From assembly GCF_018977255.1 (NCBI RefSeq), contig NW_024704742.1, positions 24,492,001-24,556,000 on the forward strand: DNA of 64,000 nucleotides, in the 5' to 3' direction. Positions 49,301 to 61,400 of the stretch are shown here, in pieces. The position numbers were made by a program, and so were the translations under genes. Numbering within the stretch: the stretch's first letter is position 1; each line of letters opens with the position of its first letter. The stretch is from Callorhinchus milii. Lineage: Eukaryota. The notes under the pieces were generated by a model. The model was not told the DNA's origin. It searched no databases and saw only the letters and a list, made by a program, of their open reading frames with translations.

Positions 49301-49382
49301 ATCAATCAATGGGAGCTCATAGTTTCATGTAGTTTCAGTATGCATACTGAGTTCATGTATATGTTTGAAGTTAATTCACTTT

Positions 49383-49960
49383 TTTTTAGTCAGATGCATA
49401 TCTGAAGCATGTGGAAACCCATCCCCATGCTTAAGAGTATTCAAACCAAACAGAGTTCCATGTATCCCTCCCAGACATGGAAACCCCAGAGATATTGTTG
49501 GAATGGAATGCGCACCCTCTCCCTGGAGGGACACATCCTGCTTACCTAATTCCGGAAAGTATTAGACGCAGGTTGGCGAGAGCCAAGGCTTGGGGACCCC
49601 AGAGTGTGCGTTGGGGTCCTGCTGGAGACTCACCAGCTAAAGCTGCATAGATCGCCATTGAAAGCACTGTCTTGACAAGCTTTCCTGCTGCTTGTCCAGC
49701 AAGGACCACCTTACCCATTTGGCTTGCAGAGTTAGCAGGAGCTGAGTGGGAAGAGGCCCTGCACCCGGTCCAATCCTGCTGATGAGCCAGGCTGGCTGTG
49801 CTGTCCTCAGCAATGCCCTGAAATACTGCGGACCCACCTGGCTCAGGAACTGGACTACCGATACCATCACGGAGGGCTGGCTTGATTCTGACATTCCATT
49901 GATAAACACCTCACCTTGGAACCAGTTCAGCTCCTAAGAGACCCTGCGAACCTTCCCCCT
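49383..49960 (+). mobile_element. Vingi-like derived repeat
   Basis: WNAHPLPGGTHPAYL, LAGAEW and LKYCGPTWLRN remnants in shifting frames. Confidence 0.65.
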
Positions 49961-52447
49961 ATACACGCAGGATAGTAAGTAAATTAAATATAACGTAGTG
50001 TGTGTGCGTATTTCAACATAAACTTGTATATCCCATTTTAGTATTGAAGCTTGCGTTTTATGTAACATCACTGATTATGTAATTTGTGGTGTGGATAATC
50101 AATCTACTGAAGGCATTAAGTAACTGCCTCAAGTATCATGAGAAGCATTTATCTTTTTACGTTTGAAAATCTGTCTCCCTGCACGGCATTTATTTCCTGG
50201 TCGAGATGTTGGTCTGGAGCCCTGCTCTGAGCACTGCTGCACACTCATTAGTGTTCAGCATTGCTGCTAAGAGTGGTTTAGAGCATTTTCTCTCACCATG
50301 TGCGAAATGAGAGACGTAATCTTGGAGTTTGTCAAACTCTGATGCAGATTATTAAAGTTTGGGGTGGAAATTACACCCCCATACACACGATCAAGGTGTT
50401 AATAACTTGGGCTAAATCAAATTGATCACTGAATTTTTTTTCTTTTTTGCAGTTTACTTATTACAATTCAGTTTGGTTGTGGGATTGTGGGAACCTGAAA
50501 ACTGTTTTTCAGAGCTCCTTGCTTCCCACACAGCCTCATCTGTTTCTCATTAAAATTGCTTTGTGAGTGGGGGGTTGGGGGGAAGAGAAAGATGGAAACT
50601 AACTGAGGAAGTCTGCTCTTGGGGTTGCCTGGGAATGGAGAGAAAGAGGAAAGAACGAGACTAACTTTTTTAGCTGGCTCGTGGTAAATTATATATACAA
50701 AGCATCAGGTTGTCTTTTTAATTGAACCTGAACCCACATGAACTATTGTCCATATTTGTATGCAGTGCTTTGCTTCAGACTCATATATAGAAGTCTGTTT
50801 TGTGTTCATTTTATTGTGTTAAATTATTTTGACGACATCTTGTATTTATATAGATGTCATCCTTAGCGTAGGATGACATCTGAATGCTTTACAAAAGACT
50901 ACGTCAAACAACGACTTATCTTGAAATTTTAATATTTATACCAGCACAGACTGCCCAAGTAAAATGTAAGAGAAAGGCATATCAATGCAGGCGCATTACA
51001 ACCTCCATTCCCAGCATTAACTTGGATTTAATTTAGCAACTTTTGCATAGGGTGAACGCCTTGAAGTTCTTCACGATGACAAAATGGGATTGCTGAACAA
51101 CAACAAATTACATTTATGTAGCATCTTTCACATCGGAATGACGTCCCAAGGCGCTGAGCAGGGAAGAAAGAAAATGGTCAAAGAGACATGTTTTTGAAGA
51201 GTTTTAATTCCAAAAGTAGCTAATGTTAAAAGATCAACTCTGTTAATATAGGGATGGGGGAAGGAGGAAAAAACTTAGGTGTGAACTAATTTGCAGCTTG
51301 AATGTTACCCTCTTGCTGGGTGCTGTCTTAACTTTTTAATAACAAAAGTTAAAATGGGTAGTTACAAGACCGGTTCTTTAATAATCGGGGGGAGAGGTGG
51401 GGTTGTCATTTGAGACCACCCAACATTATCTTACAATACAGATCATGACAACCCCTGAATCCACTTCCCTCATATGTCTCTGAAACGGCTCCAGTCTGAT
51501 CCCATTAAAAGCAGAAAAGTTTCACTAGTGAACAGCTTGCGTAGGTTGGCATGTCGCCTATAATTCTCAGCAATTATCTGTTGTATCATTAATTATGCGG
51601 TGCATGTCAAATATCTTCAAAAGACCAAAGTAGAGGGAGGATGAGGAAAAGGGGAAAAAGTCAGTATATACTGTAACTGGCTGATTAATGGAAGTAATTG
51701 ATGATGAGTGGGATTCTGGACAGTTCGGAAGATGAAGGAAGTCTGTTTTTGGGAGGGAAGGGAAGGAGGGTGGCTTGTACATTGATAAGAATAAAACACA
51801 GTGGTCATTCTTCGAGGTGCCGTATTTTCAATGAGACGATAAACCAAGGGCTGTTCAGATTGGATGCTGGCACTATTTTAAAAGGGAAATGTGTCCTAAT
51901 GTGAAAAGTGCTATATAAATGCAATTTGTTGTTGTTTGGTCATTGGTAATTTCACTTCATAGCCAATTGTGGGACATTGGTGTGCACAAATTGGCTTCTG
52001 TGTTCTCCCATAAAACATAGTGACTTTGCTTTATAGAAACGAGAAGTTTTGACTTAATTGGCATTATATCAAATGCAAAGATTCTCTGTGGGAAAAACGG
52101 GTCACAAAAATAAGCAATGGGGAAGGTTTCCTGGAAGAGTCTATTTCTGTGTAGTCTTCTGGACGCAAACTGTAGATATCTCTGTGGGTGTTTCATTATA
52201 GGTCTGCACTGCTGGCTGTTCTGGTGTTGTGCGTTGTATGTATGGTGAGGGTTAGAATTTGGAAAGATTTAAGTCGAGGGAAATAAATGGAAGATGAGAA
52301 TGGCAAGAAAACAACAGCAAGGCTACAAAAATGAAGAGAAAGCTAATGTTTTCAAAATGCTTTTGTTTGCATTTTTCCTTCATTGCTGGGTTTGCGGTTC
52401 TCTGGGTCACTCTGATAACAGCTCTGGTTCGCCTTCCCCTCTTAGAC

Positions 52448-52660
52448 TAATAATAATCCTTGCACTTGATATAGCGCCTTATCACCTCTTCAAGACGTCT
52501 CAAAGCGCTTCACAGAATATACCGTAAAGTTAATTGACTGTATATTTTCTGGGACGAAACGCGGCAGCCAATTGCGAACAGCAGTGTCCCACAAATAGTC
52601 GTGGATTGAGTGACCAATTATTTTTTACTGGATGTTTTTGATGAAATTATTACCCCCGGA
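52448..52660 (-). mobile_element. Deu-domain SINE 3' half (long-variant tail)
   Basis: taataatccttgcacttgatatagcgccttatcac...gcggcagccaattgcg. Confidence 0.85.
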
Positions 52661-54314
52661 AAAACGACAAGAAATGTTAGGGCTGACCCGATCATGTGTG
52701 TGATCTGATTGTTGAAGTAGGTAAAGCTTTATATTAAGTGGGTGAACATGTAGCAGTTTCACTTGATGTAAGCGCCAAATGATTTCTCTGCTTTCTCTCT
52801 TCTCTTCCCCATCCCGATGTCTCCTGTACTTAGTATTTGTACATATTAAATGCCACACAGATGTGTCTTATGCTCATCTGTGGGAATTCTCTCCAATGTG
52901 CTCAGAGCAAGATTGTGGTGAAGCAAAGCTCCTGTGGGATCAGTGTTAACCACACATTTGGTTACCTGTTGAATTGAATACTTATGAATCCACTGTGAAT
53001 ACAATAGATCCCTCCCACCCACACCATAAAGCAATAGCTGAAGGTCCATTAAATCCTAACCAGCCTTCTAACTGGTCCGGTCGGAGCTTCTGTTTCAATG
53101 TCAACGATCACATGAACGGTCACACAGAATGCCGGCTGACAAATAATGTCTAACTTCCAGGTTGCCACTGAGGCCACTTCTTGTGCGCTACAATTGCCGT
53201 GTCATTAAGTGGCTACAGAGGGAGGGAGGAAAGGGAGAAATCTGCACGCTATGTGCATTTGCAAGGATATGCAAGTAATGTGGGCGTGCATGTTACATAC
53301 TGTTGTCAATTTCCGTTTGCTATAGTCTGAAATTCTATAGATACACTTGTTGACAATTAAAACCTGTGGAATGCATGAGGCTTATAAACTTGAACTGGCT
53401 GTCTGGTCATGGCCCGACTTATAGATGAAATTTTAATATTTATAGATGATGGTTACCGTAGAACTTCATTGCATTGATGACACTGAAATCGATTTTAGGT
53501 GTTTTGGAGCATTCAAGGGGTTAAATCGTTTATGTTGTCAGCAGATTACATTGTATTTTTTTTAAAAAGGGATGGAGAGCGAGAGAGAACATGTTTTTTA
53601 TTCAAAAATTGCCGCTAGAAGGAAGCCTGATATTTATTTTTAGAAGTTTTTTTTGTTTGGAGCGCTGGGCAGACCTGCGTGTTGTCTGTGCTCAGTTACT
53701 ACATTCCTAATGGACTTCTGAGCAGCTTGTGGTTTGAGCGGTTACCTGGAGTTGACCTCAGTATCAGCTGCAGAGTAGTAGCCTTAATATGCCTGGTTGT
53801 TGGTAATTTGAAGTCGATGATTAAGGGTCATTTGCAAAAAAAAATTAAAGTGTTATTTTGATTCCTGCAGCCGAGTTGATGGTAATGTATGGGCCTTGAG
53901 CCCTTTTGTTTTACAGCTGCTTGTGCCTGCTTTACTGTTGGACTCTGTGCAGCTGCCTGACAACTTACTACGGCTTCCTCTTAGCATTGTTCCAGTCCCT
54001 GAGCATTGCACTATGAATGCCCTTAATTGTTTGAACTTTGTTTCGAGTTCACTACCACGCTGTACGATCCGCTTAGTAGAAATCCTAAATCTTTCTTGGC
54101 CATTTGGGTAGGAGGGGAGGTGGAGGGAGTTTGAGGGAGTGGTGGGGGGGGGGGGGGGGTGGTGGCTGGCTATAAGTGCCCTTTTTTTAAAATTCACATA
54201 TAGATCATCATGAATGATTTGAAATCTGAAAATCAAGGGTTTGTGATTGGGGATCGCGTAGCATTTGCCCTGTTGCATACTTGATGTATTTGTTTGAAAT
54301 ATTTTAATTGTTCC

Positions 54315-54845
54315 ATAGAATCATAGAAATATTCAGCATGGAAGGAGGCCATTCGATTTATATAGTGCCCTCCACGCTGGATAGCATCTCAGAGTGCTTA
54401 ATCAATCCATAATAAAAGCGCTGGAAAGAAACACTTGAAAAAGTGGCACATAAGACACTTGTAAGCATTGTGTCTGTGCCCGTCTTTGAAAAGAGCTATC
54501 CAAATCAATCCCACTCCCCCCGCTCTCCCCAAAGCCCTGCAAGCTTGCCCTCCAAATAATTATCTCCTTCTCTCTTAAAAGTTGTTATCAAATCGGCTTC
54601 CACACCCTTTCAGGCAGTGCATTCCAGATCAAACAACTCGCTGCGTGAAAACATTTCTCTTCACCTACCCTCTGTTTCTTTTAACAGCTATTTTAAATCA
54701 GTGTCCTCGGGTTACCGAGCCACAACCGTTCACCACCACTCTCTGCTTTCTGTCTCCCAGTCAGTTCTGTATCTATGCTGCCACTGTCCCTTTAAAACCC
54801 TGGGCTTCTATTTTGCTTACAAGTGTCTTATGTGCCACTTTTTCA
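54315..54845 (-). mobile_element. CR1 3' fragment with internal deletion and a templated insertion
   Basis: catagaatcataga tail; matches the reverse complement of about 32520-32824 and 31140-31270. Confidence 0.9.
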
Positions 54846-54926
54846 AGTGTTTCTTTCCAGCGCTTTTATTATGGATTGATTAAGCACTCTGAGATGCTAT
54901 CCAGCGTGGAGGGCACTATATAAATC
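54355..54926. repeat. Perfect 113-bp inverted repeat (54355-54467 / 54814-54926)
   Basis: Base-by-base reverse-complement identity read by eye. Confidence 0.95.
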
Positions 54927-55128
54927 CAAGTTGTTCTTTTTCAAATGTACTGTATTATGGTGATGTTGTCTGGTCACATCTAGAAAGATAGGAGGAGCTC
55001 CACAGTAATAGTCATCGTTCCATCAGTTAAAAAGATGGACTGTGTCTGAGGTTGTTGGAAAGTGCCTAATAAGGAGAAAGATAACTGTTGCTGGATGCAG
55101 TCTCTTCCCCGAGTGTATATTGTTTCTT

Positions 55129-55348
55129 AAATAAAAACAGTAGTCGCTGGGACCACGCACCAGGTCCGGCAGCATTTATGGAGAGAGGAAAATGAGTTAA
55201 CATTTCGGGTCAATGACTTTTCATCATGACCTGACACACGATCGTTGACCTGAAACATTAACCTGACGAAATGATCATTCATTTTCCTCTCTCCATAGGT
55301 GCTGCCTAATCCGTGATCCCACCGACTGTTTTTATTTCAGATTTCCAG
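55129..55348. mobile_element. Penelope-like fold-back repeat with degenerate minimal hammerhead motifs
   Basis: Arms aaataaaaacagt/actgtttttattt and ggcagcatttatggagagaggaaaatga/tcattttcctctctccataggtgctgcc. Confidence 0.7.
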
Positions 55349-56437
55349 AACCTTTTGCCATTTGTATATCATTTCTTTATTGTTCTGGTTGGTTGGGTGG
55401 TATAGGTATGAGCTGCGTATTTAAGAGACAGAGAGTTATTGTGTGTGGGTGGGGGGTGGGGTGGGGTCGAGCGAAGATAAATCGTATCAGTGCGATTTGC
55501 AAAGCCCATCCATGAGAAGCAGTCAAAGGTGCAACAATGTCGCTTTTGTAAATTGGAGTTGTGAAATGTGGATTTTTATTGAAGCACTTACGTGACGCTT
55601 ATTAAAACGGGATTGGGAGAAATTATTATGAGAAGAGAACAAAAAAGAGGCTCGGTGGAGCAGACATCAGAGACGCCCAAATGTAAGGACAATTATTTTT
55701 TTGTTTGTGGTCAGCCAGCTGAAAAAAAAATTCCTGGACTGGGCATCTGTGACAGGGGTTTAAAAAAAAATCTGAGGAATCCATGGACACAAATGGCTTG
55801 TGGTAAATTTTAAATAGGATGGGGGAGTGGGAGTGGGGAACCAACATTTTTTTCATTGTTGAGCCTGGAAAGATGCAGCTCCATCTACACTTGTTTTATT
55901 TTAACAATTCAGTCCACAGGATCTTCCACTCCAGTGTTTTTATTCAACTTCCATAAAAGGGCGTTTGCAACATTTCCTTGCCTTCTGCTGTTTCCATCAC
56001 AAGCTTTCTCGACCAGAGCATAAGGAAGTGAAATGTCAAGCGGTGTGTATTGTTATGCTGGTCCATCATCCTGTGCATGTGTTGCCACACTGTTTACCAG
56101 GTTGCCATGAATTAACTCTCAGCAGTCAGGGAATTACACTTGAGGGATATTGTGTGAGGCTGTAACACCCTGGCTTGACTGACTGAGCCATTGGCTAACT
56201 TTCTTCCATTCTGAGCATCGTGTCTACCATGTGAGGAAGGACGCAAGGACACACAATGTGATTTTAATAGTTTGCCATTACTTGTTAGACATTGTAATAG
56301 CACAACTTTTTGGTCATCCTGTATATCAACCCCCCCTCCCCCCCCCTCTCTCAAATGTACAAATTATTAACCCATTGCCTCCCCCTCTCCCAGGACCCTG
56401 CCTCGGTCTCCTCAGAGACTCTCCTCTCTCTAGGTTG

Positions 56438-57118
56438 TGGAGTCCCATAGCGTAGTTATTCGCGTGCTCGCCTCACAAGCAAGAAGACCCGGGTTCAATT
56501 CCTGAATGGGTCAGGGCGAAACGTACTCCACACGCACGCCTCTGTTTACCTAGCAGTAAGCAGGAACCCGGTTGCTAGTCGATTCGCGCATTGCTCTTTG
56601 GGGGTAATAATTCCTTAAATAAAATGGTCACTCAATCCAGGACTGTTTGTGGGACACTGCTGTTTGCAATTGGCTTTTTTGTTTCGCTCACAAAATACAG
56701 ACTCTCCACTTTACAGTATACTCTGTGAAGCGCTTTTGAGATAAATAATAATAATCCTTGCATTTGATATAGCGCTTTTCACGTCGGGAGGACGTCCCAA
56801 AGCGCTTCACAGAACACACTGTAAAGTGAATTGACTGTATATTTGTGGGCAAACGCGGCAGCCAATTGCGCACAGCAATGTCCCACAAACAGTCGTAGAT
56901 TGAAAATGACCAATTTTATTATTGTTTTTTGTTTTTTTGGAGGGATTATTATTAGGCGTGTGGAGTAAGGAAACTTGCCCAAGGTTTCGCCCTGCCTGGA
57001 ATTGAACTCAGCTCTCTCGCTTTCAAAGCGAGTGCTCAACCACTGAGCTACAGGACTCCACAAATGATGGAGATGTCCTAATGATGTGATGAGATGCTAC
57101 ATCAAATACAAGTATTAT
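56438..57118 (+). mobile_element. Deu-domain SINE, long variant, split by an antisense young SINE
   Basis: Head ggagtcccatagc...ctcgcctcacaagcaag...gggttcaattcc; tail resumes at about 57070. Confidence 0.85.
56741..57059 (-). mobile_element. Young Deu-domain SINE, short variant
   Basis: Reverse complement near-identical to 1280-1610 and 40072-40410. Confidence 0.95.
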
Positions 57119-57149
57119 TTGTGACAATGATCTTCTCTTTTCCCCCCTA

Positions 57150-57530
57150 ATCCCCACGCACTCACCCACCACCCCGAAGGAATTGACTCCTGCTGGGGCA
57201 CTGTTCATTGTTCTGAGTGGCCATTCGTTCATGTTTGAGCCTGGATAGCGAGGGAGTGACAACAGCTGTTTTGTCATCACAACTGAGCGCAAACCTGTCC
57301 TTGTCTAACATTCGTGCGTGCTCTTCCCAGTGGGAACTGCTGAGCAGTGAATGGGAACCGTGGCATGACACTTTTTTTAGGCTGTTACGGCCAACATTGG
57401 TGCTTCTACTGTTGCAACTGAGCTGAGCTAGGTCAGCATAGATTGGCATTTAGACCTGCGGTCTTGTGGTCTGTATCTCATAGTCCTGCCCCAGATTGTG
57501 CTTTTGTTCAAAAGGCCATTGAGGGAACTT
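57150..57530 (-). mobile_element. Ancient SINE (AmnSINE2-like)
   Basis: gagtggccattcgttcatgtttgagcctggatagcgag...ctgagctgagctaggtcagcataga...ggtctgtatctc. Confidence 0.5.
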
Positions 57531-58409
57531 TGATCCTGGGTTGTAGCAAATCTAGTTGGAATACCGTAGTGCATGATTTCGAGTGATTTCTTTGCAGGTC
57601 ATAATTTATACAAAATGAAGTTTCGCTCTTTGTGAACCAGACCTGTAAATGTAGTTAAATGTTGCTTGAGTCTCATGTTCAGTTTGCTTGAGTTTTGCAT
57701 TACAATGACCTGAAGCCACTCATTTTGATTGAAAAAAATATTTTAAGAAAGAAGCTTTGACCCCCACACCGCCCCCCCCACCCGCCTCCACTCCTACTGA
57801 TAGATATATTCTGAGAACTATTTCTATACAAGATGACCTAAAATTTATTAGTCAGGAAAAGTTGCACGTGATTGATTCCTTGCTGTTATTATTGCATCTA
57901 ACAAAAAGCTGATGCTAAACTCTCTGCAATGTGGAATATGCCTAGCTAATTGTGCAATACAGCATAAAGGATTTAACTTTTCCATACTTTGTTTTGTGAT
58001 TTTTTTTTCCGGTTGTCTATTTAAATCAAACCTGCCTCTTAGCTTCCGGTGGCGTCAAAACTGCATGTTTTTCTTGCAGGCAAATTGTAGGATTTCTTGC
58101 ATTGTTTGATTTTCCTGACTGGCCAAAAGGATGTATCCACACATGATTATTTTTGAGCTACCCCTTTGAGAAATTATGAGAAATGTAGCATGAAGAAGCA
58201 TAAATATCTTCGGAGGGAGAAGAGGGAACCATTTCTGCCTGGACAGAATGAAGTTTAAGTAATGCAATGATGGATTTGTGGCGATTTATTGCCTTGTAAT
58301 TTTTTTCAAAGTCCAAAACAAATTAGCAGAATATAATTTTCATGAGGAATCTTTTCACCTCACCTTTCGAAGTTGCACAGTAGACTTCCATTTTTAATAT
58401 TAGAATTAA

Positions 58410-58730
58410 TAATAATAATTATACCTGCATTTGATGTAGACCTTATCACAACATTGAGACATCTCAAAGCATTTCACAGAATACATTGTAAAGTGAATTG
58501 ACTGTAATTTGTGGGCGAAATGCAGCAGTAAATTGTGCATAGCAGGTCCCACAAACTATTGTGGATTGAGTGACCAAATTATTTTTTTGAAGGGATTTTT
58601 ACCCCCAGAAAGCAATCCGCCAATTGACTAACAACCATATTCCTACTTAATGGTAGGTAAACAGACGTGTGGAGTAAGGAAACTTGCCTAAGGTTTTGCT
58701 CCGTCTGGGAATGAAACCCAGGTTCTCGTG
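58410..58730 (-). mobile_element. Deu-domain SINE, long variant
   Basis: (TAA)n tail, Deu core, cctacttaatggtaggtaaacag segment, gtggagtaaggaaacttgcc. Confidence 0.85.
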
Positions 58731-59108
58731 CAAAATTAGGTCACTCAACGCGACTGTTAGTGGGACACTGCCATGGTAATTGGCCAGGTAATTGCAACAT
58801 CAATAAAAAAGTGTGTAAAGAAGTATTTGATCCAAGTTTAAGAACAGAAAAGTGTTATTGTGTTTAGGAGTCTGGTGGTAGTTCTTCGAAGTCTGCTTGA
58901 ATAAGTCTTGATCTCAGCTGATGAGAGGTTTATTACTGGTGTTGTGGCTTGAGGAGGGAGAGACAAAGGCCTTTAACTTGGTTTAATTTGCAATGTTATT
59001 GGTAAACAAATGGAATTGATGCTTGCAGAGCTGTAAGAAGATGCATAACCATCTTCTGAATTTACTGCTGATGAATTAAGAACATTACAACAATGCTCCC
59101 AAAATAAA

Positions 59109-59241
59109 CAAAACACAAAATACTGCAGATGCTGGAAATATGAAATAAAAACAGAAGTGGCTGGGAACACTCAGCAGGTCAGGCAGCATCTACGGAGAAA
59201 GGAAAGTAAGTCAATGTTTCGAGTCCATGACCCTTCGCCAC
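59109..59241 (-). mobile_element. Penelope-like terminal repeat fragment (same family as 55129-55348)
   Basis: aaatactgcagatgctggaaatatgaaataaaaacag...ctcagcaggtcaggcagcatc; minus strand reads tggcga-agggtc-atg-gactc-gaaac. Confidence 0.7.
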
Positions 59242-59637
59242 TTTATGGCATATCGTCCTGTGAAGCGCTTTGGGTTGTGCTGATGTGAAAGGAGCTACAC
59301 CAAATGGAAGGATTATTATTGTAAGGCCTTACGATTGAAGTTGTGAATTGGGTGACACAGGACATTTGAATCTGCATTTTTCCGTATGAACCTGTATTCT
59401 GTGTTCAATTACATTAGTTTGTTGCACTTTATTGGGGTTATTATTGAATTGGTATGTAGAGGCTTCAAAAGTGAACTGACCAGCAGGAAGAAGTGTGTGG
59501 CTTTCTGTATCTTTTTTAGGTTTTGCACAGTTCCTGTCAGCTGCACATCCTATTTTTGATGCATTGTGATCTTTTGGAAAAGAGAAACTGCAGTTGTTTA
59601 GTTGGGGGTGGGGTGGGGGTCGGGGGAGACAGGAGGA

Positions 59638-61400
59638 CGACAACAACAACAACAAAATTATATTTGTGAAGCGCCTTTTATGTCAGGGGCCATCCCAATG
59701 CGTTGAACAGTCTGGACCCAAGAGTGATGGGCAGGGTTGGGTTAAGGGAGAGCAGAGGGGTTAGGAGGACAGCTGAAGACACAGTCAAAAAGGAGGGCCT
59801 TGAGTCGTGCCTTGAAGGAGGCAAAAAAGGGATCAAGGCGAAGGCAATGTGAGATGGAGTTCCAAAGAGTGGGGGCAGAGAGGCTGAAAGCCCAGCCGCC
59901 GATGGTAGGGAGGGACCTAGAGCAGGCCAGAGCCTGCTGAGCAGAAGGAGCGGACAGGTTGATAGGGGGTCAGCAGGTGAGAAATGTAGTAGGTGGCAAG
60001 GCCGTGGAGGACCTTGAAAGTGAGGACAAGGATTTCAAATTCTATCCTCTGAGGGTGGGGAGCCAGTGGAGCTGGGCCAGGGTGGGGGTGATGGGGTCAC
60101 GGAGCCTGGTGCGGGAGAGCACATGAGCCTCGACCTGCAGCTTGTGGAGTGAAGAGTTGGGGAGGCCGACAAGGAGGGAGTTTGCGTAGTCGAGTCTTGA
60201 GGTTACGACTGCGTGTATGAGGGTTTCGGTGGCCTGAGGGGTGAGGCAGTGGCAGAGTCGGGCAATATTGCGGAGGTGGGAGAAGGCAAAGGCCGGTCAT
60301 GGCACGGATAAGAGGCAGAAAGGACAATTGAAGGTAGAATAGGACGTTGAGGTTCCTAACTGGCTTGGTGAGGTTGAGTGTGCAACCGTGGATGCTGATG
60401 CTTCCAGTGCCTGAAGTGCTGAAGCAATGGCCCGAGCCAATCAGGAGGGCCTCAGTCTTGGAGATGAGCCGATAGTTAGAAGGAAGGGATGAGTCCAGGG
60501 AAGGTTTTTTCAGGATGGGGATGATTTGAGCTGTTTTTAGGGGGATAGGAACGTTGCCAGATGAAAGGGAGAGATTGATGGTGGTGGAGAGTAGAGGGAC
60601 AAGGAGGTGGAGCTGGAAGGAAAGGAGAGGGATGGGGATGGGATCAAGGCAGCAGGTGGTGTGTTTCATGCTGGATATGGTGGTGATGAGAGAGGAGGGG
60701 GAGACAGGTTTGAAAATGTGGAAGGAGGGATAGTAGTGGTTGGGAGTGTGGGGGAGGAGATTGGGAGGGAGTGGCATTTGGGAGGGCGAAGACAGCTGAA
60801 TGGATCCCCTCGATTTTGGACTCGAAGAAATCCAGCATCTCCTCACAGCCAGAGCTTGAGGAGACAATGGGCGAGGCATGGGAGGGTGGACGGAGGAGCC
60901 GGTTGGTGGTGGAGAATAGGAGCCTGTGGTTGTCCTTCGCCTCCAAGATTATCTTGGAGTAGAAGGATGATTTGGCGGAGGTGAGGGCAGAGCAGTACAT
61001 TTTGATGTGGTCCAGCCAGATCCCCCAGTAGATCATGAGGTCAGACTTGAGCCAGGTGTGTTCGGTGGCCCGCCCCTGACCCTTGAGGGAGCGGAGGTGG
61101 CTGGTGTACCAGGGTGAGGTTCATGAGTAGGAAGTGGTTTGGGAAGTGAGGGAGGCAAGGGCATCAAGAGTGGTGGAGAGGGAGTTGTGGAGGAGAGTGA
61201 CAGAGGAGGATAAGTTGGTGCGGGAGGTAAGCCAGAGAGAGAGAGGAGTTCAGATGACTCCAGGACAGCGGAGAGGGATTGCGGGAAGATTTTTTTTCAG
61301 GGACAGTAGGAGATGGAGGCGGGTTTGGTGGCGGTGGGGAGAGGAATTGAAGAGTTAAAGGAGATCGGAGATGGCTTTGTCTGTGATATCTGAGACGCTG
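59638..61400 (-). mobile_element. L2 LINE with the RT core deleted
   Basis: ILEAKDNHRLLFST, CCLDPIP, PSNYRLIS fused directly to KTEALLIG; (CAA)n tail at about 59638. Confidence 0.92.

Noticed and set aside
49775..49830. CTGATGA followed by a hairpin (possible hammerhead)
   Set aside because: GAAA does not follow stem II, and the motif is not kept in other family copies
53040..53300. Non-repetitive, enhancer-looking intronic segment
   Set aside because: Conservation or activity cannot be shown from this sequence alone
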